Shown here: piece after piece, positions 10,805 through 21,038 of the stretch
Layout: every line of letters starts with the position of its first letter
How positions within the stretch are numbered: position 1 is the stretch's first letter
Assembly (NCBI GenBank): GCA_042408215.1
Contig: JAYFMW010000006.1
Coordinates: 544,001-608,000, forward strand
DNA from: Microcoleus sp.
GTDB taxonomy: Bacteria > Cyanobacteriota > Cyanobacteriia > Cyanobacteriales > Microcoleaceae
Reading direction: 5' to 3'
Length of the DNA stretch: 64,000 nt
The notes under the pieces: generated by a model
Told to the model about the DNA's origin: nothing
Databases searched by the model: none
What the model saw: the letters and a program-made list of their open reading frames with translations, nothing else
Translations under genes and position numbers: made by a program

Positions 10805-11208
10805 TTGACACTCTCATGTCTAAAAACACTGAGATTCTTGGTTCTACGAGACGACTTGCCGAGGCCGGATTACTCCAACTTCAGCAGTGGTCATCTCTCC
10901 CCAAACGTTGCTCGGATCTAGTCCGAAAGTTTCGGTATGCCCTACCGTACTCAATGAGTTTTTTTTCTAGTTAAGTCTTGTCCAAATCTAGCTTTCCTAA
11001 ACTGCAACACCGTTAGGTGAGACCACGTACTCAACCAATCTAGTTAAGTTTTTACGTTGTTTAGTTATACTCAATTTTTGACTTAATGCTAACCATAGCA
11101 CATAAAATGTGTGGAGGATGTGTTCAACCAAGAAAGAGCGCGGTGACTAAAGTCACAGGGGTCGCTTAGCTCTGGGCCCTTTCATAGACTGAGTTTTACG
11201 CTTACCGA
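10805..11208 (-). mobile_element. non-autonomous IS200/IS605 derivative (left end + tnpB 3' tail/omega-RNA + right end, no ORF)
   Basis: minus strand starts after TTAC, contains a STVGHTET-like TnpB tail, ends AAGAATCTCAGTG-TTTTTAGA-CATGAGAGTGTCAA (subterminal hairpin + TCAA). Confidence 0.7.
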
Positions 11209-11214
11209 GTAACC

Positions 11215-11454
11215 CTATAACTTAGGAGTCAACCAACCAGCACTCAAAATCACAGTCAAACCCATAAAAACAATAGACAAACCCCAAGTAATCCGGTTAA
11301 GAGTCGTCTCCGCACTCTTGGCGCTGGTAAACAATTGAGCTTGTCCTCCAATCCCGCCAATGCCATCACCTTTAGGACTGTGCAGCAACACAAAAACCAC
11401 AAGTCCTAAAGCAGACAAAGACCAAATCACTTGTAAAACAGAAACAATATTCAT
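11215..11454 (-). CDS. secG: preprotein translocase subunit SecG
   Basis: VLLHSPKGDGIGGIGG and TLNRITW motifs; directly downstream of gpmI. Confidence 0.95.
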   Translation of the reverse strand: MNIVSVLQVIWSLSALGLVVFVLLHSPKGDGIGGIGGQAQLFTSAKSAETTLNRITWGLSIVFMGLTVILSAGWLTPKL

Positions 11455-11525
11455 CAGCGGTAATTGGTAATTGGTAATCGGTAATCAACGATCATATCAA
11501 ATCCGGTCGATCGCGCACAATTTCT

Positions 11526-12045
11526 GTAGGGACACTCAAGCGTGACCATTCGTCTCAACTTAAACCTAAAACCCTTGATAAATATTGCTTTTAGCTGAGC
11601 CTAGATCCCCCTAAATCCCCCTTAAGAAGGGAGTAGGGTGTGAGTAGGGGGTGACGAAAGATCCCTTTCCGGTTCCCCCCTTCTTAAGGGGAGTAGGGGT
11701 TGAGTAGGGGGCAAGAATGCGGGGGGATCTAGGCTTAATGGTCAAACAGCCATCTGTGACTGGGTTTGAGCTTAAGTTGACACCAATGGGCACGGCGCCG
11801 TGTCCATTAGTAGGGACACTCCAGGAGCCCATAGGTGTCAACTTAAGCCTGAAACCCTTGGTATCTCTTGCTTTTACCTAAGTCTAGATCCCCCTAAATC
11901 CCCCTTAAGAAGGGGGACTTTGAGAAGACTCCTGTCCCCCCCTTCTTAAGGGGGGCTAGGGGGGATCTAGATTTAATAGTCAAACAGCAGTCTCTGACTG
12001 GGTTTGAGCTTAAGTTGACACCAATGGGCACTGCCGTGTCCCTAC
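11526..12045. repeat. two adjacent REP-embedded MITEs (TIR CATTGGTGTCAACTTAAG-like), each with a GATCCCCC...GGGGGATC palindromic core
   Basis: GTAGGGACAC...GTGTCCCTAC flanks; GTCAACTTAAG/CTTAAGTTGAC inverted ends; same family as 53252-53556. Confidence 0.75.
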
Positions 12046-12056
12046 CTTTAGCTTTT

Positions 12057-13658
12057 CTACAACCGCACCCGCACCGGAGTGCGATTAGCGCGAACTTCAA
12101 AATCAGCCGATCGAATCATAGAGCGTCCCGTCATCTCAGGAGGCTGAGGCAACCTCAAAAGCTCCAGAATCGTCGGTGCAATATCAGCCAAACAGCCATC
12201 ATCCCTCAAAGGAACATCCGTTCCGTGAGCCGGAATCTTCAGACCTTCGCCTTCTACTAGAATAAACGGCACCGGGTTAGTAGTGTGAGCCGTCCAAGGA
12301 TTCCCCAGCTCATCGAACATCAACTCAGCATTTCCGTGGTCAGCAATAATAATTGCCGTACCTCCAGCCTTGGTAACGCCAGCCAACAGCCGCCCCAAAC
12401 ATTTATCTACAGTTTCGATCGCAATTACAGTCGCATCCATCATCCCCGTATGGCCCACCATATCCGGGTTAGCGTAGTTAACCACCACAAACGAATAAAT
12501 CCGCTTCTCCAAAGCCATCACCACCACATCCGTCACCTCAGCCGCCGACATTTCCGGCGCTTCATCGTAAGTAGCCACCATCGGACTCTGCACCATTTCC
12601 CGGTCTTCCCCCTCAAAAGGCTCTTCCAGACCCCCATTAAAAAAATAAGTCACATGAGCGTACTTTTCAGTTTCCGCCGTCCGCAACTGCCGCAAACCGT
12701 GTTTAGCAATCACTTCGCCCAGAATATTATTCAAATTCTGCGGTTCAAAAGCCACCAACACCGACGACAACTTCGGGTCATACTGAGTAAAACTCGCAAA
12801 TGTCAGCGGCTCAATTAACTGCCGTTCAAACCCCTTAAAATCGGGTTCCACAAAGGCCTGAGTCAACTCTCTAGCCCTGTCCGGGCGAAAATTAAAGAAA
12901 ATCATCCCATCGCCCGATGCCACCGCTCCGGGCGCAATCCGAGTCGGAATTACAAACTCGTCCGTCACCCCGATCGCATAAGAGGCCTGCAACACCTCAA
13001 CAGCCGATGGACCATCGGTTGCGCCCTCAGTCGTCATCACATCATAAGCGCGCTGCACCCGATCCCAGCGCTTATCGCGATCCATCGCGTAATAGCGCCC
13101 GCTGACGGTAGCAATCCGACCTACCCCTACCTTTTCGATATAACTTTCAATTTTTCCTAGAGCCTCGACACCCTCTTTCGGATTAGTATCGCGGCCATCT
13201 GTGATGGCGTGAATGCAAACCTCAGAAATTCCCTGTGCCTTTGCCAATTCCAGCAGTCCCAAAATATGACTGAGATGGGAATGCACCCCGCCCTCAGAAC
13301 ATAGCCCCGTCAGGTGCAACTTGCCGCCCGTGGCGCGGACTTTTTCGCACAGCCGAACCAGAGCCGGATTGCTCAGCAAAGAACCGTCTTCGACTGCATC
13401 CGAGATCCGCACCAATTCTTGAGGAACCACTCGGCCCGCACCGATATTCAAGTGACCAACCTCGGAGTTGCCCATTTGGCCATCGGGAAGGCCTACGGCT
13501 CTACCAGAAGTGCGAATCAGAGTTCTCGGATAAGCAGCCCAGAGGGAGTCCATCACTGGTGTTTTTGCTGCGGCGATGGCATTTCCGTCTTTTTCTTCAC
13601 GATAACCCCAGCCGTCTAGAATAATCAGCACTACAGGAGATACAGAGGCTTGTGCCAT
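12057..13658 (-). CDS. gpmI: 2,3-bisphosphoglycerate-independent phosphoglycerate mutase
   Basis: LIILDGWG, GQMGNSEVGH, GRYYAMDRD and ETEKYAHVT motifs. Confidence 0.97.
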   Translation of the reverse strand: MAQASVSPVVLIILDGWGYREEKDGNAIAAAKTPVMDSLWAAYPRTLIRTSGRAVGLPDGQMGNSEVGHLNIGAGRVVPQELVRISDAVEDGSLLSNPALVRLCEKVRATGGKLHLTGLCSEGGVHSHLSHILGLLELAKAQGISEVCIHAITDGRDTNPKEGVEALGKIESYIEKVGVGRIATVSGRYYAMDRDKRWDRVQRAYDVMTTEGATDGPSAVEVLQASYAIGVTDEFVIPTRIAPGAVASGDGMIFFNFRPDRARELTQAFVEPDFKGFERQLIEPLTFASFTQYDPKLSSVLVAFEPQNLNNILGEVIAKHGLRQLRTAETEKYAHVTYFFNGGLEEPFEGEDREMVQSPMVATYDEAPEMSAAEVTDVVVMALEKRIYSFVVVNYANPDMVGHTGMMDATVIAIETVDKCLGRLLAGVTKAGGTAIIIADHGNAELMFDELGNPWTAHTTNPVPFILVEGEGLKIPAHGTDVPLRDDGCLADIAPTILELLRLPQPPEMTGRSMIRSADFEVRANRTPVRVRL

Positions 13659-14147
13659 GCGAATACCCTATTTACGAATATAATTTTTCAGTTAAGTAGA
13701 CAGATGATATATACGGTGCTATTGTTCGTGGCCCCGAAGCAATGGGAGAACTTTATTGGCTTTTGTTTTTAAGGGCATGAAATTTTCATTCGCTATTAAA
13801 ACGGCAAATTAGCATAATTCACTGTCAGATGTCAAGACTATTGACCGAAAGCAATTTGATCCCTCGCCCCGGATTCATTCCTTCACATCCTGAGCCGGGG
13901 GCCCTGGCTCAGGACGAGAGTAATGCTCAAATCTCAAATCGGCTGACCGTTACGAAAACAATTTTGCATTTGGCCGATCGCCCATGCTTTCATAAGACTG
14001 AGGGCGGATGCAATTCAGCCTTGGAGAACTTGGCAATTTTAAGGCGATCGCATAACATCGAACACAGATCAACTGAGAGCGACAACTGGCTGTACTTGCA
14101 AAGCCTTGTTGGATATATTGAAATAAAGCAGTTAGGGGCGATCGGCA

Positions 14148-15928
14148 ATGCACAAACTTTTATATTTTGCAACTATAGGACTACTAGCTTTCTCGATCGG
14201 AGGATGCGGTGACGGCGGGGGCGGCAACACAGCCAGCCCCAGCCCCAGCCCCGGTGCAACTTCTCCATCACCGACAGCCGCAGCCAGCCCCACCCCAGCA
14301 GCTCAGTCTTTCCCGTCCCCAGTCGTCGCCGCCCAGCCTCCGGGGTTAATTCGATCGACAAACCCGGACGAACGAGCAAAACAGGCTCAAACAGGCATCG
14401 GCGAAAACAAAAACAGCAATCCAACGCTTCCGCCGACGCCGGCGTCACAAAGCCCCCTGACACCAGCCAATCTCCCTCAGATAGACCCCTTTGGGCAACT
14501 TCCGCCGATCGCAGTTCAAACCCCTGCCGGAGTCGCAGCAGGGCCGATGACAGCCAATCCGTTGCCCAAACTGCCACAGCGAGAGGTGGCGATCGTACCC
14601 AAACTGCCCGAGTTCTTGACTCCCCCCCCAATTAACAGGCCTATTCCGACAGCTACTCGCACAAGGCAACCCACAGACCGCCCCAGAGACACTCAGCAAG
14701 TAGCAGGCCGCCCCAGAGACCCTTTACTTCCAGGAGGCAATGGGGCGCAACTTGGCTCGCTGCGGCCAATTCCGGGGCTAAATACTCCTCAGATAGGTCG
14801 CGGTGGCAGAAATGGTTCCTTACCCGGAGGCGAAGGCGCGCAAGTTGGCTCGCCGCGCCAAGTTCCGGGGCTCAATGCTCCGAACTTGGGCCGTCGCCCT
14901 GGACAGCCTGGTTTACCCGGAGGCGAAGGCGCGCAAGTTGGCTCGCCGCGCCAAGTTCCGGGGCTCAATGCTCCGAACTTGGGCCGTCGCCCTGGACAGC
15001 CTGGTTTGCCGGGAGGCGAAGGCGCGCAAGTTGGCTCGCCGCGCCAAGTTCCGGGGCTCAATGCTCCGAACTTGGGCCGTCGCCCTGGACAGCCCGGTTT
15101 GCCGGGAGGCGAAGGCGCGCAAGTTGGCATCCCCGCGCCAAGTTCCGGGGCTCAATGCTCCGAACTTGGGCCGTCGCCCTGGACAGCCTGGTTTGCCGGG
15201 AGGAGATGGAGCGCAAGTTGGCATCCCCGCGCCAAATTCCGGGGCTCAATGCTCCGAACTTGGGCCGCCGTCCAACTTCAACAACAACTACCGGTACGAA
15301 TCCGCAGAATCGCCGTCCAGCACCCCCGCGTCCGCCCCAGCCAATTGCAGCTACACCCCTAGGAGTGCCGAATCTGCCGGCACTACCAGTAGACAAGCGC
15401 CCTCCCCAGTGGAGAGACCCCAATGCCATTCCCAGAAAAGTTACCAGCACTCCTAGCCGTCCAGCTCCCCCGCGTCCGCCCCAGCCAATTGCAGCTAGAC
15501 CCCTAGGTGTTCCGAATCTGCCGGCACTTCCAGTAGACAAGCGCCCGTCCCAGTGGATAGACCCAAATCCCCCGCCTCCTCCGCAGATCCCAGTAGTTCC
15601 TGCGTCGCCTCCACCGCCTTCTACTGACCTCGCTACAGGCACTGAAGTCAGCGGGGTGGTAAAAGTGGGGAATGAGACGCAAGTGATTGTCAGAGTACCG
15701 AATGAACCAACAAGTCGATATGTCAAAGTAGGGCAGCGGTTGTCTAACGGGCAAGTGTTGGTGAAGCGGGTTGATGTCAAGTCAGGAGCAGAGCCGATCG
15801 TGATTCTGGAGGAAAACGGCGTTGAGGTTGCCAAAGGAGTTGGCGAAAAACCCACAAGTCGCGAACCAAAACCGGCCAATGCTGTGATTAGCCGTCTGCT
15901 AAATCCGCATAGCTCAACGCGGCGCTGA
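14148..15928 (+). CDS. proline-rich lipoprotein with a PilP-like C-terminus; two apparent +1 frameshifts in the repeat region
   Basis: lipobox-like SIGGC; LIRSTNPDER; C-terminal VSGVVKVG...VPNEPTSRYVKVGQRLSNGQVLVKR in ORF 15155..15928. Confidence 0.65.
14819..15270 (+). repeat. intragenic tandem repeat of 93-94 bp, about 5 copies (31-aa unit LPGGEGAQVGSPRQVPGLNAPNLGRRPGQPG)
   Basis: near-identical direct repeats; the last two copies read GGCATCCCCGCGCC, 1 nt longer. Confidence 0.9.
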
Positions 15929-16003
15929 ACATTGACAGTAAAGTATGAAAAATGCTCAGGGTGAGAACCTGTAACTTAATTACTGGACAAATCTACCCAT
16001 TGC

Positions 16004-16171
16004 TTACCGTTTGTCCAATTCTTCAATGAGCTCATCCACAATTTTTCTTAACCGTGCTTGCCAGTTAGGGACGGTTTTGAGTTTTTCTCTTACTCCTGGT
16101 AGCACTTTGAACTGCACGGGAACTTTGTCGTATGCCACTTGATTATCTGGTTTGAATTTAGTCTTAGGCAT
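16004..16171 (-). CDS. small (55 aa) putative ribbon-helix-helix protein divergent from tnpB
   Basis: PVQFKVLPGVREKLKTVPNWQARLRKIVDELI fits a beta-alpha-alpha pattern; head-to-head with tnpB. Confidence 0.5.
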   Translation of the reverse strand: MPKTKFKPDNQVAYDKVPVQFKVLPGVREKLKTVPNWQARLRKIVDELIEELDKR

Positions 16172-16232
16172 TGTCAAAATCTCCAAACATCTGATATACT
16201 AGGCAATATAGCAAACATTGAAGGTCGAATCA

Positions 16233-17351
16233 ATGCTACTTAGCTTCAAGACCCAATTACTCCCCAACAATCAGCAAATAACGGCTTTTCGTAAAGCTTC
16301 TGGTGTTGCGAGACACGCTTACAACTGGGCAAATGCAGTTATTCAGGGTGTATTGGAGGATCGTGAAACTGACAAAACAGTAAAAGTACCATCGGCAATT
16401 GACTTGCATAAGCGATTAGTTGCCGAGGTAAAAACTCTGTATCCTTGGTATTATGAGACTAACAAAAATGTTCCACAAAAAGCACTGGCAGATTTGCGAC
16501 AAGCTTGGGATAGGTGTTTCAAGAAATCTGCCAAAAAACCACGTTTTAAAAAGAAAGGTCAACGCGATTCTTTCTATTTAGAGCAAGGAACTAAGGCAGC
16601 GCCCAAGATTCAAAACGATGGCAAGCATATTAGGCTTCCATCAATTGGTTGGGTACGTCTTGCGGAACCTTTGCCTATTACAGTAGTTCACAACTGCGTG
16701 ATTAGTCGTCAAGCTGACCGATGGTTTGTGGCTATTAAATACGAGATAGAGTTACCTATTGTTGCTGGTGATAGACCTACTGTTGGCGTAGATATCGGGA
16801 TTAAAGAATTGGCAGTTTGTAGTGACGGCAAAGTGTTCTCTAATCCGAAAGCTTACCGACGTATGAGTAAACGTCTTAAACGCTTACAACACCGTGTTAG
16901 CAAGAAAGTCAAAGGTTCTAAGAATCGAATTAAAGCGGTTCGCAAACTAGCTAAATTACACGCTAAAGTCGCAAATATTCGCGCCTTCGCAATTCATAAG
17001 TTAACTAATCACTTAGCCAAAAACCACAGCGAAGTGAGAATTGAAGATTTACACGTAAAGGCGTTTTTGAAAAATCACAAACTAGCCGGTGCGATCGCCG
17101 ATTGTGGAATGTATGAATTTCGCCGCCAGTTAGAATACAAAACTGAAAAGTTTTCGTCTAAATTGATCTTGGTGGATAGATTCTTTCCTAGTTCGCAAAT
17201 CTGCTCTAACTGTGGGAAGCATCGGCACAAAATGCCACTAAAAGACCGCATTTATATCTGTTATGATTGTAGGTACAAAGAAGACAGGGATTTAAATGCG
17301 GCTCGTAATATAGACCGATGGTTTGAGGGTATTTTTATTCCTGAGTCCTGA
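16233..17351 (+). CDS. tnpB: RNA-guided endonuclease TnpB (IS607-type)
   Basis: RuvC residues VGVDIG / RIEDL / DRDLNAA intact; CSNC..CYDC zinc finger. Confidence 0.93.
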   Translation: MLLSFKTQLLPNNQQITAFRKASGVARHAYNWANAVIQGVLEDRETDKTVKVPSAIDLHKRLVAEVKTLYPWYYETNKNVPQKALADLRQAWDRCFKKSAKKPRFKKKGQRDSFYLEQGTKAAPKIQNDGKHIRLPSIGWVRLAEPLPITVVHNCVISRQADRWFVAIKYEIELPIVAGDRPTVGVDIGIKELAVCSDGKVFSNPKAYRRMSKRLKRLQHRVSKKVKGSKNRIKAVRKLAKLHAKVANIRAFAIHKLTNHLAKNHSEVRIEDLHVKAFLKNHKLAGAIADCGMYEFRRQLEYKTEKFSSKLILVDRFFPSSQICSNCGKHRHKMPLKDRIYICYDCRYKEDRDLNAARNIDRWFEGIFIPES

Positions 17352-17519
17352 GCTATGCGTTGGATCAGAAACGGTGAGTTCCACCGAGATTGCTTGTGGA
17401 GCGGACAAACCTCTTAAGAGTCATCTTAAGACCGCTGTGAAGCAGGAAGTTAACACTACGGCCACCTAGGTCCAGCTAAGTCTAAACCTGGGTAGCTTTG
17501 GGTAAGTTTAATAGAACGG
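17340..17519 (+). ncRNA. putative omega-RNA / IS607-type right end
   Basis: ACGGTGAGTTCCACCG, TCTTAAGA-GTCA-TCTTAAGA hairpin, GAAGCAGGAAG, ending TAGAACGG. Confidence 0.6.
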
Positions 17520-17600
17520 ATTAAAAAATAGAAGAATTTTCAGCGAGTCTTAGCTTTTGTAAAATCTCTATCACTAATTGAAGTCAAAAGGAGTTTTCCC

Positions 17601-18353
17601 ATGCTCAGTTCAATTCAAAAATTAGGGATTGTGATCTTAGTTGCTTCTTGTATCGGCGGCGCAGCTAATCTGTTCAATCCCCAGCCGTCAATGGCTCAAG
17701 AAAAAGAAGAAGCAAAACCAGAAGAAGGCAAACGCCCTCCCGTCTGTCAAGGAAACCCTCCTACGGGGAGAGTGAAATGTAATTACGAGGGGGCCGATAA
17801 CTACGAGGGAGACTTCGTGAACGGCCTGCCAGACGGCACGGGAGTCTACGTGTACGGTAATGGCGATCGCTACGAAGGACAATTTCGCAAGGGAGTACCC
17901 AATGGCCGAGGGACATTCATTTTTAAGGATGATGCCCGCTACACAGGCGTGTTCCAAGACGGCACGATGAAGTCTGGGACGGTTGTTTTCCCCAACGGCG
18001 AGCGCTATGTCGGAGACTTCGCAGTCGTGATCAACATTCAGACTAAAGTTGTTAGCAGCCAACCCCAAGGGCAGGGTCAATTTTTTTATGCCAATGGCGA
18101 TCGCTACGAAGGACTATTCTTTGCAGGCGCACCCTTTGGCCCAGGGGTATTGGTGCGGGCAGACGGCACTCGCTGCTCTGGCCAGTTTTTTAATAGTGAA
18201 CTTGATGCTAGTGTCTCCTGCACTTTCCCCAACGGTACGCGCTATGAAGGAGAATTGCGAAAGGGAGTGCCTCACGGTGTCGGGACGATGATCGATGCTA
18301 GTGGCCGGCGCTTTCCGGGGGTATTTCGCAACGGCAAGTTCGGAGTTTCGTAA
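17601..18353 (+). CDS. secreted MORN-repeat protein
   Basis: signal peptide; repeated YEGxFxNGxPxGxG units. Confidence 0.9.
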   Translation: MLSSIQKLGIVILVASCIGGAANLFNPQPSMAQEKEEAKPEEGKRPPVCQGNPPTGRVKCNYEGADNYEGDFVNGLPDGTGVYVYGNGDRYEGQFRKGVPNGRGTFIFKDDARYTGVFQDGTMKSGTVVFPNGERYVGDFAVVINIQTKVVSSQPQGQGQFFYANGDRYEGLFFAGAPFGPGVLVRADGTRCSGQFFNSELDASVSCTFPNGTRYEGELRKGVPHGVGTMIDASGRRFPGVFRNGKFGVS

Positions 18354-18452
18354 AGGATAAATTGAGGTTTTCAGGCAACTTTTGACTCCTAATCCGACAA
18401 AAGACAAAGGACAGAAGAAGATATCTAAAAGCGCATAGGAGAATGTTGATTA

Positions 18453-19160
18453 ATGATTTCCCTTTTTAAAACCAGTGGAATCGCTCTATTAGTTGCCTCA
18501 GTGTTGGGAATTGGTAGTTACGCGACTTATCCGTTGCCCTCAATGGCGCAAGAAGCTAAAACTGGTCGCTGCGTTCCCGCTATCGCTACAGGTAGGGTCA
18601 GGTGCGATTACGACAGTGGCGATAGCTACATCGGAGACTTCGTTAATGGTTTGCCCAGTGGCACGGGGGTATATGTATATTCCAGTGGCGATCGCTATGA
18701 GGGGCAGTTCCGTCTCGGCCAGCCAAACGGTCAAGGACAATTTATCTTCAAGGACGACGCCCGCGTTGAAGGCCTATTCCGAGATGGCAAAATCAGCTCT
18801 GGGACAGCTATTTTTGTGAATGGCGATCGCTATGTGGGACCGTTTTCTCTGGATTGGAAGGTGGGTACGCCGACTGGACAGGGGCAATTCATTTTTGCTA
18901 ATGGCGATCGCTTTGTCGGTCAATTTTTGGGGGGCAAGCCTTTAGGTGCGGGGGTGTTCACCCGTGCCGACGGCACTCGGTGTTCGGGACAGTTCTTCAA
19001 TCAAGAACTCGATGCTAGGGGTACTTGCGCGTTCTCCAATGGTATTCGCTATGAGGGAGAGTTCCGCAAGGGATTGCCTCACGGCAAAGGCACTATTATT
19101 GATACCAGTGGCAAACGCTTTCCGGGATTGTTCAAGGACGGTCAGCGGCTGACTCGATAA
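18453..19160 (+). CDS. secreted MORN-repeat protein (tandem paralog)
   Basis: same architecture, colinear with the preceding ORF. Confidence 0.9.
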   Translation: MISLFKTSGIALLVASVLGIGSYATYPLPSMAQEAKTGRCVPAIATGRVRCDYDSGDSYIGDFVNGLPSGTGVYVYSSGDRYEGQFRLGQPNGQGQFIFKDDARVEGLFRDGKISSGTAIFVNGDRYVGPFSLDWKVGTPTGQGQFIFANGDRFVGQFLGGKPLGAGVFTRADGTRCSGQFFNQELDARGTCAFSNGIRYEGEFRKGLPHGKGTIIDTSGKRFPGLFKDGQRLTR

Positions 19161-19466
19161 ACTGGGAATAAGTGCGATCGGTTAGATCATGTCCGGTTAA
19201 TTACCGGACATAAAAGTTGTTTGTAGTAAAAACGAAGAGTCCTGATTGACTAAAAGCTTTAAGAGAGGACGGTCGTTCTCACTACAAACTCCAGAATGGT
19301 TATATGACCTGACATAATATTAGTAGGGCCAGGAAGAGGGTTAATCATTTTTGCACAAAACCAGCCCTTGCTAGGTTTTAAATTCACAACTCTTGATAAT
19401 TTATGACCGACGCTTTTTCACCCCAATTGCTAATCTTAAATCTCAACTTAATGGAGACTGTTTGAT

Positions 19467-20087
19467 ATGACAACTACTGCTTCTGCTTCCCCGCAAAAGG
19501 GCCAGTTTCCCTTCGACTTTGCCCCGCAGCCGACTCAAGATGCTGACTTGTTGCGACAACTCGATTTTGTCCCAGGCTTGAAGGAAGTCTTGACTTTGCG
19601 ACAAGTTCACGCTCTGGAACACGCTACCGTTTGGGTACTAGGCCAATCGGTTGGTACGGCAACAGCCAGAGCCGATAATGAATTATTGGGCGGAATGTCT
19701 ACAGACCAAGGATTTTATCTCTACGGCCACGTAAACACTACAAAATTGCGTCACGCAGTACAATCAGCTTTGCAGCGAATCGCCAGCGGTGAGTGGGATT
19801 TAGCAGTCCATCCGCGCTGTGGCACTAATTTGTCGGTGGCCATGCTGCTGACGGCTGGACTTGCTCTTGGCATCAATTTAGCCTTGCCGCGAGGGCCAAT
19901 TTTACAATTTTTGGGTTTGGGTGTGGCGGCGGCGGCGGCGGCTCAGTTAGCGCCTGATGTGGGAGCTCTCGCTCAGCGGTACGTGACAACTGCTATTCCG
20001 TTTAATTTGAGCGTAGTTGATATTTCCATAACCCACGACTTTTGGGGACGCGAAGCTCATTTTGTGCGGGTGCGTTGGGTTGAATAG
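19467..20087 (+). CDS. conserved hypothetical protein (DUF6391-like)
   Basis: RQVHALEHAT and LAVHPRCGTN motifs. Confidence 0.65.
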   Translation: MTTTASASPQKGQFPFDFAPQPTQDADLLRQLDFVPGLKEVLTLRQVHALEHATVWVLGQSVGTATARADNELLGGMSTDQGFYLYGHVNTTKLRHAVQSALQRIASGEWDLAVHPRCGTNLSVAMLLTAGLALGINLALPRGPILQFLGLGVAAAAAAQLAPDVGALAQRYVTTAIPFNLSVVDISITHDFWGREAHFVRVRWVE

Positions 20088-20171
20088 CCGCTCTGTATCA
20101 AGCCCACCTAAACAAACAGAATACCCAGCTCCCCGACTTATTTAAGAAGTCGGGGAGCTAACAGAAAGCTC

Positions 20172-20942
20172 CTAAATACTATCAGGATCTACTCCTAATT
20201 CTCGCAACTTCGCCGCCAATCTTTCAGCGCGTTGGCGCTGCTCATCAGCGTGTTGGCGCTCCACCGCAGCTTGCTGCTCAAGTTCCTGCAACCGAGCTTG
20301 TTCTTCTTTAATCAATTCTTCAACTAATGGCGGAGACAGTATTTCATTTACTGATAATGTCAGATTAGGAAATACTAAAGATACCATTTGTTGCCCAGGC
20401 AAAAAATCTGTCTGCCTATAGATTTCTTCACCTTCAGGAAAGGCTAAAAATCGCACCAGTTGCTTGTTAGGTGTAGGGTCAACAATCACATATTCGGGCA
20501 GGTTAGCTAGTTCGTACTCAGCTCGTTTGATCGCATAATCTGCGCGCCGATTTTGGCTCACTACCTCTATCACTAACAGCGGCTTTTCCTCAAAATCGAG
20601 GATGCCAGCACCAGGTATAGCAGCAGCTTGTTCCAAAAGACTTTGAGTGCAAACAACTACGTCAGGAATGCGGGATGTATCTTCTTCTGTTCTCACTCCT
20701 AGACCTGTTTTTGCTACCAAGTCAAGATTGTGTTCAGCTAGGTAACGCTGCAATTTGTAAACTAAATATTCGCAAATTTTGATGTGTAACACTGTTGCTG
20801 TTGGCAGCGGAATTAATTTGCCTTTGTACAGTTCATATTGTAGCTCGTAATCAGTTTGATAAAATCGGTATTCTTCAAAATTCAAGGTGGGTGAAGTATC
20901 AATTTGCTTTGATTCAACAACTGGCACGACAGATTGAGACAT
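20172..20942 (-). CDS. Uma2 (DUF820) family endonuclease
   Basis: RIPDVVV and LLVIEVVS motifs; AERLAAKLRELGVDPD tail. Confidence 0.9.
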   Translation of the reverse strand: MSQSVVPVVESKQIDTSPTLNFEEYRFYQTDYELQYELYKGKLIPLPTATVLHIKICEYLVYKLQRYLAEHNLDLVAKTGLGVRTEEDTSRIPDVVVCTQSLLEQAAAIPGAGILDFEEKPLLVIEVVSQNRRADYAIKRAEYELANLPEYVIVDPTPNKQLVRFLAFPEGEEIYRQTDFLPGQQMVSLVFPNLTLSVNEILSPPLVEELIKEEQARLQELEQQAAVERQHADEQRQRAERLAAKLRELGVDPDSI

Positions 20943-21038
20943 ATCCTTTCACCGATGTCGATAATATTCTATTATATTCGATTTTAATCTTAACAGTCAA
21001 GCGTTTTTAGATTTTCGATTGAAGAAGGCGAACTTAGC

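Noticed and set aside
14819..15270. possible CRISPR array or programmed frameshift
   Set aside because: The repeats are contiguous coding repeats without spacers, and the extra base lies in a C-run, consistent with read error.
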